Origin: Bacteroidota bacterium
GTDB lineage: Bacteria > Bacteroidota > Bacteroidia > UBA7662
Direction: 5' to 3'
NCBI GenBank assembly: GCA_005799025.1
Contig: SYHX01000073.1
Span: forward strand, 1 to 56,807
Length of the DNA stretch: 56,807 nt
The position numbers and the translations under genes were made by a program. Below are positions 11,100-21,454 of the stretch, piece after piece. Every line of letters starts with the position of its first letter. Positions within the stretch are counted from its first letter, which is position 1. The notes under the pieces were generated by a model. It was not told the origin of the DNA, made no database searches, and saw nothing but the letters and a program-made list of their open reading frames with translations.

Positions 11100-11959
11100 A
11101 CATTATAGAAACACCCGCACAAATTCAGGACAACCTAGCCCTTGACTTTGAACTCCTCGAAAATTGGGAAGATCGTTACCAATATCTTTTGGAAATAGCC
11201 AAAGAATGCCCCCCACTTGCAGAAGCATTCAAGAATGATTCTTTGCTGATCAAAGGATGTCAATCCAAGGTATGGCTTAGGGCAACCTGCAATTCTGAAG
11301 GAGGTATGGAATTCGCCGCAGATTCAGATGCATTGTTGGTCAAAGGAATCATGACTCTTCTGCTCAAAGTCTTTCAGCATCAAAGCCCGGAAGCTATCTT
11401 GGAAACTCGCTTTGACCTTCACGAGCGTACCGGACTTCAACACCACCTGTCCCCGAATCGCGCCAACGGTTTGGGTGGAATGCTCGATCGTATTCGCCAA
11501 CTCGCGCTTTTGTATCGCCCTGTTCAAGAAAGCCTAGGAAAAATTTCACCCCAAGCGATTCCAGTAAATAATCAATTGGATTTCAACACACCTAAGAAAC
11601 TATCTGCAAAATCGAAAGAGCGCACTTCTTCACAGCCTAATAAATCCCCCACCTTTGTGGAGATCCAAGATGCAGTATTGAGCATTATCAAGACAATCTA
11701 CGACCCTGAAATCCCTGTGAACATCTACGACTTGGGGCTCATCTACAATATCGAAGTACAGCAAGGGGGTAAAGTGTTGGTCACCATGACTTTAACCTCA
11801 CCATCCTGCCCAGTGGCCGGAACCTTGCCCGGGGAGGTGGAGGACAAGATCCGCGGCGTTCACGGCGTGAACGAAGTGAAAGTAGAACTCACCTTTGATC
11901 CCCCCTGGTCCCAGGATTTGATGAGCGAAGAGGCGAAATTGGAGTTAGGGTTCTTGTAA
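11096..11959 (+). CDS. SufE sulfur acceptor fused to a SufT/DUF59 domain
   Basis: N-terminal WEDRYQYL, KGCQSKVW, DSDA, LSPNRANG (SufE); C-terminal YDPEIPVNIYDLGLIY, MTLTSPSCP, FDPPW (DUF59). Confidence 0.9.
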   Translation: MNIIETPAQIQDNLALDFELLENWEDRYQYLLEIAKECPPLAEAFKNDSLLIKGCQSKVWLRATCNSEGGMEFAADSDALLVKGIMTLLLKVFQHQSPEAILETRFDLHERTGLQHHLSPNRANGLGGMLDRIRQLALLYRPVQESLGKISPQAIPVNNQLDFNTPKKLSAKSKERTSSQPNKSPTFVEIQDAVLSIIKTIYDPEIPVNIYDLGLIYNIEVQQGGKVLVTMTLTSPSCPVAGTLPGEVEDKIRGVHGVNEVKVELTFDPPWSQDLMSEEAKLELGFL

Positions 11960-11962
11960 GAA

Positions 11963-12943
11963 TTAATACCAAAAACGATTATAGACAACTATAGTGGTTG
12001 GCTTGCTTTTTACATGAGCAACAGCCACTTTAGCAGCCGCTCTAACAATTTCTTTCTTCAAGTCAGCAGTATTCTGCTGCTCCTGCATTTGATATTGCCA
12101 CTCTCTTTGATCGAGCTCTTTGATACGCTGCTTTATATCGTTTCGAATTTGACCTAAGAGATTCTTTGCATTGGTATAACAAGAAGAAAGTGGGTCAATT
12201 TGAATGAGTAAACGAGATGCCTCTTCTGCACCATTTTCATCCTGCTTTGCGCTCCAAATTGAACTCGCTTCGTTGTAAATCTTCTTACATTCATAATCGA
12301 TTTTACTACGATAAATTACTCCAGTCATGTCATTAGCTTTTTCGTAACAAACGGAGCTGACTTGTGGAATTGAGGAAAGCAAAGTCAGCCCTTCATCGTA
12401 TTCCGCTTTAGCGGTAAAGGCGTCTACGGCTTTAAGTATGAAATCACACTGGGAGTTGTAATATTCCAAAATTTTCTTCTTGCCCTCATTTATAAATGTT
12501 TCAAATTTAGGATTATCCGTTTTGATACTTTTTAGAGCAGACATGTAGGCTTTGGTTTCGTTCTCCCCTACTCCCTTGGAAGAAATGGAATAGGATGAAA
12601 ACAACTTACCGTCAACACCATCGCCTATAAAAAAAGAAACTTCCAAAACCAAAACATGCATTGCGGGGGCCGTACTCGTTATCGATTTATCCGTAACTGT
12701 AATCCTAGGCACTATTGAAAACCTTTTATTTAACCCATTATCTGCTACACCGTACTTTGAAACAATCTGGGAAAGCCGATTTTCTAGAGCAGATTGAACA
12801 ATAGGCGTTATCGGCTCTACTTGATCGGGAACGTGAACATTTAACGATATTCTGGCAAAATCATCAGGAGATTTTTCAACATTTTGAGAAAAACTAATAG
12901 ATGATAAGGCAAGTAAACATATCAAAAAGAGTATTTTTTTCAT
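11963..12943 (-). CDS. Exported hypothetical protein (N-terminal alpha/beta domain, TPR-like helices, C-terminal coiled coil)
   Basis: 326-aa ORF; signal peptide ending ISFS-Q; KGVGENETKAY motif; helical Cys-containing middle region. Confidence 0.75.
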   Translation of the reverse strand: MKKILFLICLLALSSISFSQNVEKSPDDFARISLNVHVPDQVEPITPIVQSALENRLSQIVSKYGVADNGLNKRFSIVPRITVTDKSITSTAPAMHVLVLEVSFFIGDGVDGKLFSSYSISSKGVGENETKAYMSALKSIKTDNPKFETFINEGKKKILEYYNSQCDFILKAVDAFTAKAEYDEGLTLLSSIPQVSSVCYEKANDMTGVIYRSKIDYECKKIYNEASSIWSAKQDENGAEEASRLLIQIDPLSSCYTNAKNLLGQIRNDIKQRIKELDQREWQYQMQEQQNTADLKKEIVRAAAKVAVAHVKSKPTTIVVYNRFWY

Positions 12944-12960
12944 GCTTAAAATTGTTTTGA

Positions 12961-13926
12961 TTATTTTTCACCAATTACTAGTTGGGCTTGTCCTAGACCT
13001 TTAGTCATTAACTTGGATTCAATTTGATAAGTGTCTTCTAAGTATTTACGTAAGGTATTAGCCCAACTTCTAGCACTTAACGCCTTGCCTTTATCATCAA
13101 AAAACGGAATCCGAACATCCTTGAATAACATCATATTCTCAGTTGCATCAGCTAAATTAAAATTACCATCGACGGTATTACCACCAACCCATTTTTCAAT
13201 TAAAGTACTCAATTCATCATCCCCATAATCTTCCGTTTCAAGGTCTTTATCCCAAGAAGAAAATGTTTTAATCCTGAACTCAATCGCTCTTCCTTTGTCC
13301 AAAAGGTCATCAAAGTGTCCCTGTAAACGAGCCAAAAAATTGTCCATGTGAGCGCTAACCGCTTCTTCCAACAATACTGCTAATTCTGGGGTGTAGGATG
13401 CAGGCCCTGTACCAGTTGCAGAAGCTATTTCTTTACCTGTATAAGAGTCTAAGCCTTGAAGAGTAAATGTGACTGATCTAGCCATTCCATTCCGATTTAC
13501 TGTCCATGTTAGTTGAATTATAATATCCGCTTTGGCTGTTTTCATCAAACGATCCATAGGAGACTCACTAACTCCCGCTCCTGATTTATTTGTTAATAAT
13601 GCATCTTCTGCACTTTGAGCTTCAAGTTTTTTGAGTTCTTGCTCCAAATTGAGGGCCGGCATGGATCGACTAGCAAAAGCCTGATTAATCCCAGCAAGCA
13701 CTGATAATAAATCTGAACTATTTTGGAAGGCCCTTTTGTAGTTAGGAACGTCTCGAGATGTGCCCTGATCATCAAAAGACTCAATGAAGCCATTTTGAAT
13801 GCACCAATTGTCCGATGGCACCACCATGATTTCAGGATTCTTTCTGCGATCTTTAGGGGCGTCCTGTGCTGCCAAAAAGCTTGAAGCTACCGTAAAAAAC
13901 CAAAATGCAAGAGCTATTTTTTTCAT
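12961..13926 (-). CDS. DUF6175 family exported protein
   Basis: PEIMVVPSDNWCIQNG, ADIIIQLTW, LQGLDSYTGK, FKDVRIP, GLGQA..VIGEK recalled as DUF6175 motifs; signal peptide ending FLAA-Q. Confidence 0.75.
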   Translation of the reverse strand: MKKIALAFWFFTVASSFLAAQDAPKDRRKNPEIMVVPSDNWCIQNGFIESFDDQGTSRDVPNYKRAFQNSSDLLSVLAGINQAFASRSMPALNLEQELKKLEAQSAEDALLTNKSGAGVSESPMDRLMKTAKADIIIQLTWTVNRNGMARSVTFTLQGLDSYTGKEIASATGTGPASYTPELAVLLEEAVSAHMDNFLARLQGHFDDLLDKGRAIEFRIKTFSSWDKDLETEDYGDDELSTLIEKWVGGNTVDGNFNLADATENMMLFKDVRIPFFDDKGKALSARSWANTLRKYLEDTYQIESKLMTKGLGQAQLVIGEK

Positions 13927-13937
13927 GAGACAAATAA

Positions 13938-14435
13938 TTAGAGGCCTAGTTTCCTGATAATTCCATCTTGCTCCAATTGATTACGCAACAAATCGTAATT
14001 TACGATAACCAATATACCAACTTTGAACTCTTTTTTGTTAATTCGAACTAAATCTGGAGCCTCATCTGAGGCTTGTGTAACAAATTTCAAGTAAGATCCA
14101 CCATTAGCGAAGAAATTATTGAAATACTCTTGATTTTGTGATTCCGAGGTACTGCCACGCAACAGCGCCATTTGGCCAGGAACCCTCCCGTCTGCACTTG
14201 CAGGAATTCCTTTAAAAATAACTCCATGAACGGCATTGCGTTTTGCTAATTCTAAAGCATATGCAGTGTTTCGGCTGTACGACCAAATTTTAAAGGCCTT
14301 TGAGCCGGATTTGGAAGTAAATGTTGATTCGATGCTATAGCGCCAAACATTGGTGTAGATATCGATTTTCTTGGGTGCGCATCCATTCAACGTGGAAAGT
14401 AATGTTAGGAAACACAAAGCTAAAATCTTTTTCAT
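13938..14435 (-). CDS. Lipoprotein, LPP20-like
   Basis: Lipobox LNG-C; AKRNAVHGVIFKGI, YFNNFF..GG.YLKFV, LRNQLEQDGIIRKL. Confidence 0.7.
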   Translation of the reverse strand: MKKILALCFLTLLSTLNGCAPKKIDIYTNVWRYSIESTFTSKSGSKAFKIWSYSRNTAYALELAKRNAVHGVIFKGIPASADGRVPGQMALLRGSTSESQNQEYFNNFFANGGSYLKFVTQASDEAPDLVRINKKEFKVGILVIVNYDLLRNQLEQDGIIRKLGL

Positions 14436-14443
14436 GTTAAAAA

Positions 14444-15832
14444 TTATTTAATTAAGCGTAAGAAAGTTCCATTTTTGACACTACCCTTGAATTCGGTGAA
14501 TTCACTTTGGACAAGATCAGTTCCGTCGTCATTTTTTGGCTTTTCTCCAGCATTGTATCGGTTGTCCCAAACTTTTCCTTTAACAACTTTAACCGTTGAA
14601 ACCCTTTTGAACAAAATATTACCAGTCCCAGACTCTTCCTGCAATTCCAAAACCTCAAATTTCTCGCCTCCCTCCAAGCCTTCTTTCATGCCTATTTCGG
14701 CTGTAAGAGGCTCTTTAGATCGAATTTTAACCAACGGCTTAAACACGTCATTTTCTTTCTGCAACTTAGCAAATGCGTTGTCGATGTTACGTACCAAAAC
14801 TTTATCAATAATCTGCTCGATTGTTTTGCCTTCGGCAAACAAAAAGATACTGCTGTTGACTTGATTATTCACGAATTCCATTTTAAACACAGAATCACCG
14901 GACAGAAAACTAATTTGCGACGGAGTCAACGTGGCTTTTTCTCCCTTTAATAAAGATCCGATTTGTCCGTCATTTAAGGATAATTTTTCATTGAAATAGG
15001 CCTTGATTGAGTCATTCCACGCAATTTTGTATAACCACGTTTTGCTGGTTAGCGTATAGCCATCCTTCGTTTTTTGGTAGAGTAATTCTGCGGCTTTTCG
15101 ACTTACTTCCTTGATCATTTCCTGCTGTTTTGACATATTGATGCTCAAAATAGCGGCATCGCGAACAAGCTTTGCGAAGGGCTCATTCTCAATGAAATTC
15201 AACTTAGTGAAGGTGACAAATGTATTGGATATTAGCTGGTCAATGAGCGCAGGATTCATGATCGCATTGAGCTTATTCACTGCGATTTCTGATTGCCGGA
15301 TATCAGAATTCGTGGCATTGTAATTTGTCCTTTTCTTGAAAATATCAAACGATAGGGCCTTAGATTCCAAATTAAAGTCATGCCACCTTTGAAGTAATAA
15401 ATTCGGGAAAAAGTCAGTTTTCATTGCCTTCTTGATTCTCATGTCAACCTCCTCCCTCTCATCGGGGAGTCCAAACGCAATGGAACTGTCGGCAGCCAAA
15501 TATCGTAAACCCTTATTCTGGGCGCGGGCCTTAATCAACTTAAATTCCGAAAGTGTGTCTTTTAGGTAACCCATTTCTTTTAGTTCAAGATCCGACAAAT
15601 GAAACTTCGCTAGATTAATTGTAGGATAATCTATACCATGTTTATCATATTTATCGGGGAATGGATACCCATTCCAAGATTTAATTACAGCATCTTTCTG
15701 GGGGAATGATTCTGACTCGATTAGAATCGTTTGCAAGCTGCTGCGGAAATATAAATCATTTAACTTGCCTTGACTCATTGCATTGAAAGACCAAAAGGTG
15801 ATTCCGATGAATAATATTATTTTTTGGTTCAT
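14444..15832 (-). CDS. Exported hypothetical protein with a FlgT-C-like C-terminal beta domain
   Basis: Start re-set to MNQKII; signal peptide ending NAMS-Q; C-terminal AEIGMKEGLEGGEKFEVLE...VWDNRY. Confidence 0.7.
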   Translation of the reverse strand: MNQKIILFIGITFWSFNAMSQGKLNDLYFRSSLQTILIESESFPQKDAVIKSWNGYPFPDKYDKHGIDYPTINLAKFHLSDLELKEMGYLKDTLSEFKLIKARAQNKGLRYLAADSSIAFGLPDEREEVDMRIKKAMKTDFFPNLLLQRWHDFNLESKALSFDIFKKRTNYNATNSDIRQSEIAVNKLNAIMNPALIDQLISNTFVTFTKLNFIENEPFAKLVRDAAILSINMSKQQEMIKEVSRKAAELLYQKTKDGYTLTSKTWLYKIAWNDSIKAYFNEKLSLNDGQIGSLLKGEKATLTPSQISFLSGDSVFKMEFVNNQVNSSIFLFAEGKTIEQIIDKVLVRNIDNAFAKLQKENDVFKPLVKIRSKEPLTAEIGMKEGLEGGEKFEVLELQEESGTGNILFKRVSTVKVVKGKVWDNRYNAGEKPKNDDGTDLVQSEFTEFKGSVKNGTFLRLIK

Positions 15833-15848
15833 GGGGATGTTTTTTTTA

Positions 15849-15856
15849 CAAAAATA
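15849..15856 (-). promoter_or_regulatory. -7 promoter box of the four-gene exported-protein operon
   Basis: TATTTTTG 17 nt upstream of the ATG at 15832; the context is AT-rich so a chance match is possible. Confidence 0.5.
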
Positions 15857-15933
15857 AATTGAATTTTGAATTATGCATCTATTTGTTGTGTTTTTATTAG
15901 CTGACAATTTTCGATATATCACCACCTAAAAGG

Positions 15934-16962
15934 TCAGAAATCCCTATTGATTAGCGAAACACAATAACCATATAAAATAGAACGGTAATGATTATGAGCA
16001 AAATTTTGTTCAAAAATGAGTTTATGAATGGCTTTGAGGTAATTTGACTTGAATTCAAAAGCCAATTGAGTCACTCCAATTTGATCGTATACCATAACTA
16101 TAGACTTGACCAGCTCATGGTTAATTTCTAACCCTGTTCCATCAAGACGTTTAATTTCAGAAAATCTCTGCGAGAGAAGCTGTTTCTGGACAGAATTCGA
16201 ATGTTCCCATGCCAAAACCCTCAAAAAATTAAATTTGCAGGCTTTGATGTCTCCTGCGATCTGTTTGCCGAACCGCCCTGGATCACCATATACGTCTAGC
16301 CAATCATCCTGCACTTGAAAAGCCAACCCAGTAAGATAACCCACCTTAAACATGGCCTGGCTATCGACAGCCGAAGCACCGCCCATCATCGACCCAATCT
16401 TGAGCGAAGAGCCCAAGAGCACCGCTGTTTTGAGGCCAATCATTTCACTGTACTCACTTAGACCGACTTCTTCCCTGCCCTGGAAATCCATATCCAATTG
16501 CTGACCTTGGCAGACCTGCAAAGCAACCCGGTTGAATTCGTTTAACAGATCCGGCAGCAGTTCAGGTTTTGCCTGTACCATCCGGCTGTAGGCCTCGATG
16601 AGAAGAGCATCGCCAGAAAGTATCGCTGCATTCAAGCCATAACGAAGATGAACCGTGGACTGATTCCTTCGAAGCGGCGATTCATCCATAATATCATCAT
16701 GCAGCAAGGTGAAATTATGAAACAATTCCAAGGCCAAGGCTTGGGGCAATGCTGATTGAGCTACCCCCCCTGCCATTTCACAAGCCATCAAACAAAGAGC
16801 GGGGCGCAGTCTTTTGCCTCCCAAACCCATGAAATAATCCATAGGGGCATATAACCCTGTAGGTTGCGCCACGGACCAATCCAGCTCCTTCAACCCATAA
16901 TCCACTAGAGAACGGAAACGGTCTAAATCCAATGTGATCGCTTGTTTATTAGTGTGGGACAT
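15934..16962 (-). CDS. Polyprenyl (geranylgeranyl/farnesyl) diphosphate synthase
   Basis: GGKRLRP, LHDDIMD..LRR (FARM), GQQLD, KTAVL, FQVQDDWLD (SARM). Confidence 0.93.
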   Translation of the reverse strand: MSHTNKQAITLDLDRFRSLVDYGLKELDWSVAQPTGLYAPMDYFMGLGGKRLRPALCLMACEMAGGVAQSALPQALALELFHNFTLLHDDIMDESPLRRNQSTVHLRYGLNAAILSGDALLIEAYSRMVQAKPELLPDLLNEFNRVALQVCQGQQLDMDFQGREEVGLSEYSEMIGLKTAVLLGSSLKIGSMMGGASAVDSQAMFKVGYLTGLAFQVQDDWLDVYGDPGRFGKQIAGDIKACKFNFLRVLAWEHSNSVQKQLLSQRFSEIKRLDGTGLEINHELVKSIVMVYDQIGVTQLAFEFKSNYLKAIHKLIFEQNFAHNHYRSILYGYCVSLINRDF

Positions 16963-16988
16963 ATCATAAAATTAAAGATTAACCAAGC

Positions 16989-19286
16989 TCAACGCTTCAA
17001 GGCGAAAGGTTGGTACCGAAATTCAAGACGCCTATACCGAAGATCAAGGCGAGCAATACGGACCTGCAGCCTTTGCCCTGGGGCCAAACGACTATTTCGC
17101 AAGGAACCGACCAACGCCATTTCTTCTGCATCGAAATAAAAGCGATCATAATCCAAAGAAGACAACGGCAAAAGACCGTCGCAGCGGTTGTAATCCAAGG
17201 TCACCCAAACACCTTGCTCCCCAATCGAAGTGATCATGCCTTCCCAGATTTGATCTTCTTTGCCTTGCAGCATCTGAAGCTGTTTGAAACGAACCGCAGC
17301 CCTTTCGGCCATGGCAGCGGCCCTTTCCTTTTCGCTATCGTATTTGCACAAGCGTTCAAGCTCAGTCTCGTTGTAGGACTGGGAGTGGGTGCTCATAGAC
17401 CCATCCAGATTAGCGAGCAAACGATGCACCAATAAATCAGGGTATCGACGGATAGGGGAAGTGAAATGGGTATAATGAGAAAAGGACAAGCCGTAATGTC
17501 CAATGTTACGGGTCGTATAGATGGCCTTGGCCATGGAACGAATCGCCATTTGTTGCAAGATTTCCGATTCGGGTTTGCCTTCTGACTCTTCGATAAGACG
17601 ATTTAAGGAGGCTGCGATTTGACTACGACTTTGGAATGACAAGGTATAACCCATAAATTCGGCAAAATCAGCTAATTTGCGCAGGCGCTCCGGATCGGGA
17701 AAATCATGGACGCGGTAGACGGAAGCAGGCAAAAGCCGGTCATTCACCGCCTTGGTCAAATGTTCGGCAACAGCCCTGTTCGCCGTGAGCATCCAGTCTT
17801 CTATCAACATGTGAGCCGGTTTTCGCTCTTTGACCCAGACCTCGGTAGGGAATCCTTTGTGGTCCAAATGAAAACGGATTTCTTCGGTTTCAAATCCAAT
17901 AGAGCCTGATTCAAAACGCCGCTGACGCATCTTGGTGGCCATTTGATTCAGTAATTTCAATTCTTCGGCCCAATCCCCTTGGCCCGTGTCCAGCACTGTT
18001 TGGGCATCTTCGTAGGAAAATCGCCGAAGTGAGCGAATGCAAGTGCGGCCAATCCATGTCGAATAAATTCGACCCTCATCATCCACCTCAAAGACTGAAG
18101 AGTAGCATAGTTTGTCTTCGTTCGGACGCAGGGAACATACAATGTTGGATAAATTTTCGGGCAACATCGGTAACACTTGATGCACCATATACACCGAAGT
18201 CGCCCGAGATGCCGCTTCACGATCCAGTTCCGTCCCATTCCTAACATAGTATGAAACATCGGCTATATGAACCCCAATCTCCCAGCGACCCTCATCCAAC
18301 GGGCGAATAGATAAGGCGTCATCAAAATCCTTAGCATCCTGCGGATCGATGGTCATGGTGGGAACCCCTCGAAAATCCCTTCTACCTTTCAGATCCTCAG
18401 GGGAAAGGAACTGGCCAGATTGGCTGGCTTGACGCAAAGCTTCGGCTCCAAAATGCAAGGAAAATCCAAATTCCACACCAATGGCTGCCATCTCAGTAAA
18501 ATGTTCTCCAGGGCTACCCAGCCATTCGACAAGCTCAACCCTGGGCCATGGAGAGGATTCCGGCCAATCCAACCACGTACCCACCGCTTTGAGACCTTCG
18601 GCTTGATCCCAAGCAAGGGCTTTCCCTTCCAAAGGTTTAGCAGGCGGCAGAAGTTCCAGCCCGCCCTGAAACCCTTTGAGATCCGGCTCCAAAAAATAGC
18701 GTTGGCCTTTGCGACGAACCTTGCCCACAAAATGCGTTCGATAGCGCTCTTCGACCTGCAAAACTGCCGCTCTGTCTTTTCCATAACCCATCAAACGAGA
18801 AGATCCCTGACGTCGACCCCTGCCTTTGCCGGAGGAAAATGCAGCCAATGGAATTATGCGGACCAGATCCCCCGGAAGGGCTCGCCGTAAATGTTCCGGC
18901 GCTACCATCCAATCGGCATCGCTGTCCACTGCCCTTGCAAAGGCCAAACCCCCATGAGTAAATTCCATCCTCGCAAGAATTCCCTCCCCTTGACGTTCGA
19001 TATTGGATTTGCCATGAGCATGGGCAGTACGGGAATTCGATTTAATGGTCAGGCGGAGCAGTTGGTCTTGCTGGCGGTTGAGGATTTTCTGTGCCACCAA
19101 TTTGTCCAGGGCCTGGCCCATCACTTTCAATTCAAAGGGGTCGGTAATTCTCAAGGCATCCGTCAAATCATGCTCGCTTACCGAGGATGATTCTGAAAGA
19201 TCGCGTCCACGGAACCAGCGCAGAATAACATCAGATTGACGATTAATTTGTTCGCGAAGGCTAAGACGCTTGGGGGATTTGGACAC
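16989..19286 (-). CDS. rnr: Ribonuclease R (RNB domain plus S1)
   Basis: TIDPQDAKDFDDA, GVHIADVS, YTHFTSPIRRYPDLLVHR, C-terminal S1-like domain. Confidence 0.93.
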   Translation of the reverse strand: MSKSPKRLSLREQINRQSDVILRWFRGRDLSESSSVSEHDLTDALRITDPFELKVMGQALDKLVAQKILNRQQDQLLRLTIKSNSRTAHAHGKSNIERQGEGILARMEFTHGGLAFARAVDSDADWMVAPEHLRRALPGDLVRIIPLAAFSSGKGRGRRQGSSRLMGYGKDRAAVLQVEERYRTHFVGKVRRKGQRYFLEPDLKGFQGGLELLPPAKPLEGKALAWDQAEGLKAVGTWLDWPESSPWPRVELVEWLGSPGEHFTEMAAIGVEFGFSLHFGAEALRQASQSGQFLSPEDLKGRRDFRGVPTMTIDPQDAKDFDDALSIRPLDEGRWEIGVHIADVSYYVRNGTELDREAASRATSVYMVHQVLPMLPENLSNIVCSLRPNEDKLCYSSVFEVDDEGRIYSTWIGRTCIRSLRRFSYEDAQTVLDTGQGDWAEELKLLNQMATKMRQRRFESGSIGFETEEIRFHLDHKGFPTEVWVKERKPAHMLIEDWMLTANRAVAEHLTKAVNDRLLPASVYRVHDFPDPERLRKLADFAEFMGYTLSFQSRSQIAASLNRLIEESEGKPESEILQQMAIRSMAKAIYTTRNIGHYGLSFSHYTHFTSPIRRYPDLLVHRLLANLDGSMSTHSQSYNETELERLCKYDSEKERAAAMAERAAVRFKQLQMLQGKEDQIWEGMITSIGEQGVWVTLDYNRCDGLLPLSSLDYDRFYFDAEEMALVGSLRNSRLAPGQRLQVRIARLDLRYRRLEFRYQPFALKR

Positions 19287-20877
19287 GGGGTATGGATTGA
19301 ATCAATCGTTGAGTATAAGCGTGTTGAGGTCTTTGTAGAACCTCTTGTGTGGCTGCGATTTCTAAGGTTTGGCCCTCGGACATGACCATCAGGCGGTGGC
19401 ATAAGGAGCCTGCCACAGCGAGGTCGTGGGTTATGAAAATCATCCCGAATTGCAAATCTAGTTGAAGCTGAATAAGCAACTCCAAAATCTGGGCTTGTAC
19501 AGTTCCATCCAAGGCGGCCACTGATTCATCACAGAGCAAAACTTGGGGATGCAAACACAATGCACGAGCCAAGACCAGGCGCTGCCTCTGCCCACCCGAG
19601 AAGGACGCTGGTCGCCGATGAGCGACCTTGGTTGGATCAAGGCCCACCTTGTTTATCCATTCATAGGCAAGGCCTCTGCTTTCTTTGGCTGAATAAAGCG
19701 GGAACTTGCGTTGCAAAGCCAAGCATAACATTTGTTCTACGCTATGCACAGGGTTTAGGCTGCTATAGGGGTCTTGGAAAACCATTTGAATGGCCAAACG
19801 AGTCTCCAATCCTCCAATGAAACGGCCTTGACCCCACAGGGGTTGACCGTTCAAAGAAACTTGACCTTTCGAGGGCAGGATTAGGCCCGCTATCATGCGT
19901 GCTAGACTGCTTTTGCCGGAACCAGAGGCTCCTACAATGCCCAATGAATCCCCTGACTCAAGATCAAAAGAAATGTTTTGCACTACAGTTCGGCCATTGG
20001 GGAGGGTCCATGACAAGTCCCTAACCTTCAACAAACCATGAGAATCATCCGTCGCTGAACGAAAGGGCAAATCATCAGGGTTTGGCCTGGACGCCAACAA
20101 AGCAGCCATGCGTGGGTATTCCTTGGCATTGGCCAAAGCGTGGACAGGCCCCGTTTCCAGAAGATCGCCCTTGTGCATCAAGGCCCAGCGATCAACTAGG
20201 GTACTCATCAAAGGCAAATCATGGCTAATGAACAAGAGGGTCAAACCACGATCGCGTCGAAGTTGACCTAGCAAGGCCATAAGGGATGCCTGAACTTCGG
20301 TATCTAGCGCAGTGGTGGGCTCATCGGCAATCAGCAGAAAGGGATTTCCGCTCAAGGCCATGGCAATCATCAAACGCTGGCGCTGCCCTCCGCTCAATTC
20401 ATGCGGATAGGCATGGAGAATTCTCTCCGTGTCCTCCAAGTGCACCTCACGCAAAGCCTTTTCCATACCCTTTTTGCGCTGATCGCTGCTCCATACCGGG
20501 TAGTACAAAGCGAAGCACTCCTCTAATTGGTCCCCGCATCTCATAACAGGATTCAAGGCCGACAAGGGCTCCTGAAAAATCATCGCTAATTCGCGACCTC
20601 GCAGCGAACGTAGCATTTTGGGCGACACACCCCGCAGGGAGATGGCTTCGGTCATGGGAGGGTTAGTCCATAGCATATCGCCAACCACCTCAAATCGGTC
20701 TTGGTCCAATAAGCCCATCACCGCGAGCGCAGTCAAAGATTTACCAGAACCGGACTCGCCCGCTAAACCAAGAGCCTCCCCTTGCCGTATCTGCAGGTTC
20801 AAATCGCGTACCAAAGCCGATCCTCCCCGTAGAGAGATTGTTAATCCTCTTATTTCAAGCGCAATCGAAGGATTCAT
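19261..20877 (-). CDS. ABC transporter ATP-binding protein with duplicated ATPase domains (Opp/Dpp type)
   Basis: [26 protein letters not shown]; second [25 protein letters not shown]. Confidence 0.93.
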   Translation of the reverse strand: MNPSIALEIRGLTISLRGGSALVRDLNLQIRQGEALGLAGESGSGKSLTALAVMGLLDQDRFEVVGDMLWTNPPMTEAISLRGVSPKMLRSLRGRELAMIFQEPLSALNPVMRCGDQLEECFALYYPVWSSDQRKKGMEKALREVHLEDTERILHAYPHELSGGQRQRLMIAMALSGNPFLLIADEPTTALDTEVQASLMALLGQLRRDRGLTLLFISHDLPLMSTLVDRWALMHKGDLLETGPVHALANAKEYPRMAALLASRPNPDDLPFRSATDDSHGLLKVRDLSWTLPNGRTVVQNISFDLESGDSLGIVGASGSGKSSLARMIAGLILPSKGQVSLNGQPLWGQGRFIGGLETRLAIQMVFQDPYSSLNPVHSVEQMLCLALQRKFPLYSAKESRGLAYEWINKVGLDPTKVAHRRPASFSGGQRQRLVLARALCLHPQVLLCDESVAALDGTVQAQILELLIQLQLDLQFGMIFITHDLAVAGSLCHRLMVMSEGQTLEIAATQEVLQRPQHAYTQRLIQSIPRVQIPQAS

Positions 20878-20886
20878 GCAAGATCC

Positions 20887-21414
20887 TTAATGGCCCTGAA
20901 CTTTGCGCAACCAGAGGACTCGCCTTTGCGATCCAATTCGTAACACCACGGACAAATCCTTACCGTTACCTTGCTCCAAATCCGCCAAGAAACGATACCC
21001 TAAGGTGGGATCAAGCATCTGGCCCCCAACCCATCCTCTGCGGCCCGGGCGCAATTCCTCCAGCAAACACAAACCTTGCAAAGTCTTCCCATAGCCTGGA
21101 TGATCGGAGGGGCAGAAGCTGCATAGGCTACCGACCTTGTACGGAGAACCGGATGGAAAACCGACTACCTTGGCCGAAAGCACCTTGCCGGAATCCATGG
21201 CAAAGACCAAATACAAGAGGGGCTTATCGTTGCGCGAATCCGAGAGCAGGTACTGCCCTGAAGGCGCCTCCGATAGGAATTGTGCCAAAGGTATTGCCGG
21301 AGTTCTGCTTATTTCTTTGGCCGGACGGCGAGGGCTTGTTGGCGCATTGCTTTCGCATGCCATCAAAAGACCGATCACCAAAGCGCAGTTAAGAAAGCCA
21401 AAAGATATCTTCAT
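20887..21414 (-). CDS. Lipoprotein with a DUF2147-like domain
   Basis: Start MKISFG; lipobox LMA-C; CSFCP, WVGGQMLDP..G..F, C-terminal W.R. Confidence 0.65.
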   Translation of the reverse strand: MKISFGFLNCALVIGLLMACESNAPTSPRRPAKEISRTPAIPLAQFLSEAPSGQYLLSDSRNDKPLLYLVFAMDSGKVLSAKVVGFPSGSPYKVGSLCSFCPSDHPGYGKTLQGLCLLEELRPGRRGWVGGQMLDPTLGYRFLADLEQGNGKDLSVVLRIGSQRRVLWLRKVQGH

Positions 21415-21454
21415 GAAATGAAACTTAGGTATACGATAGGAGTCAAGGAAGCTC

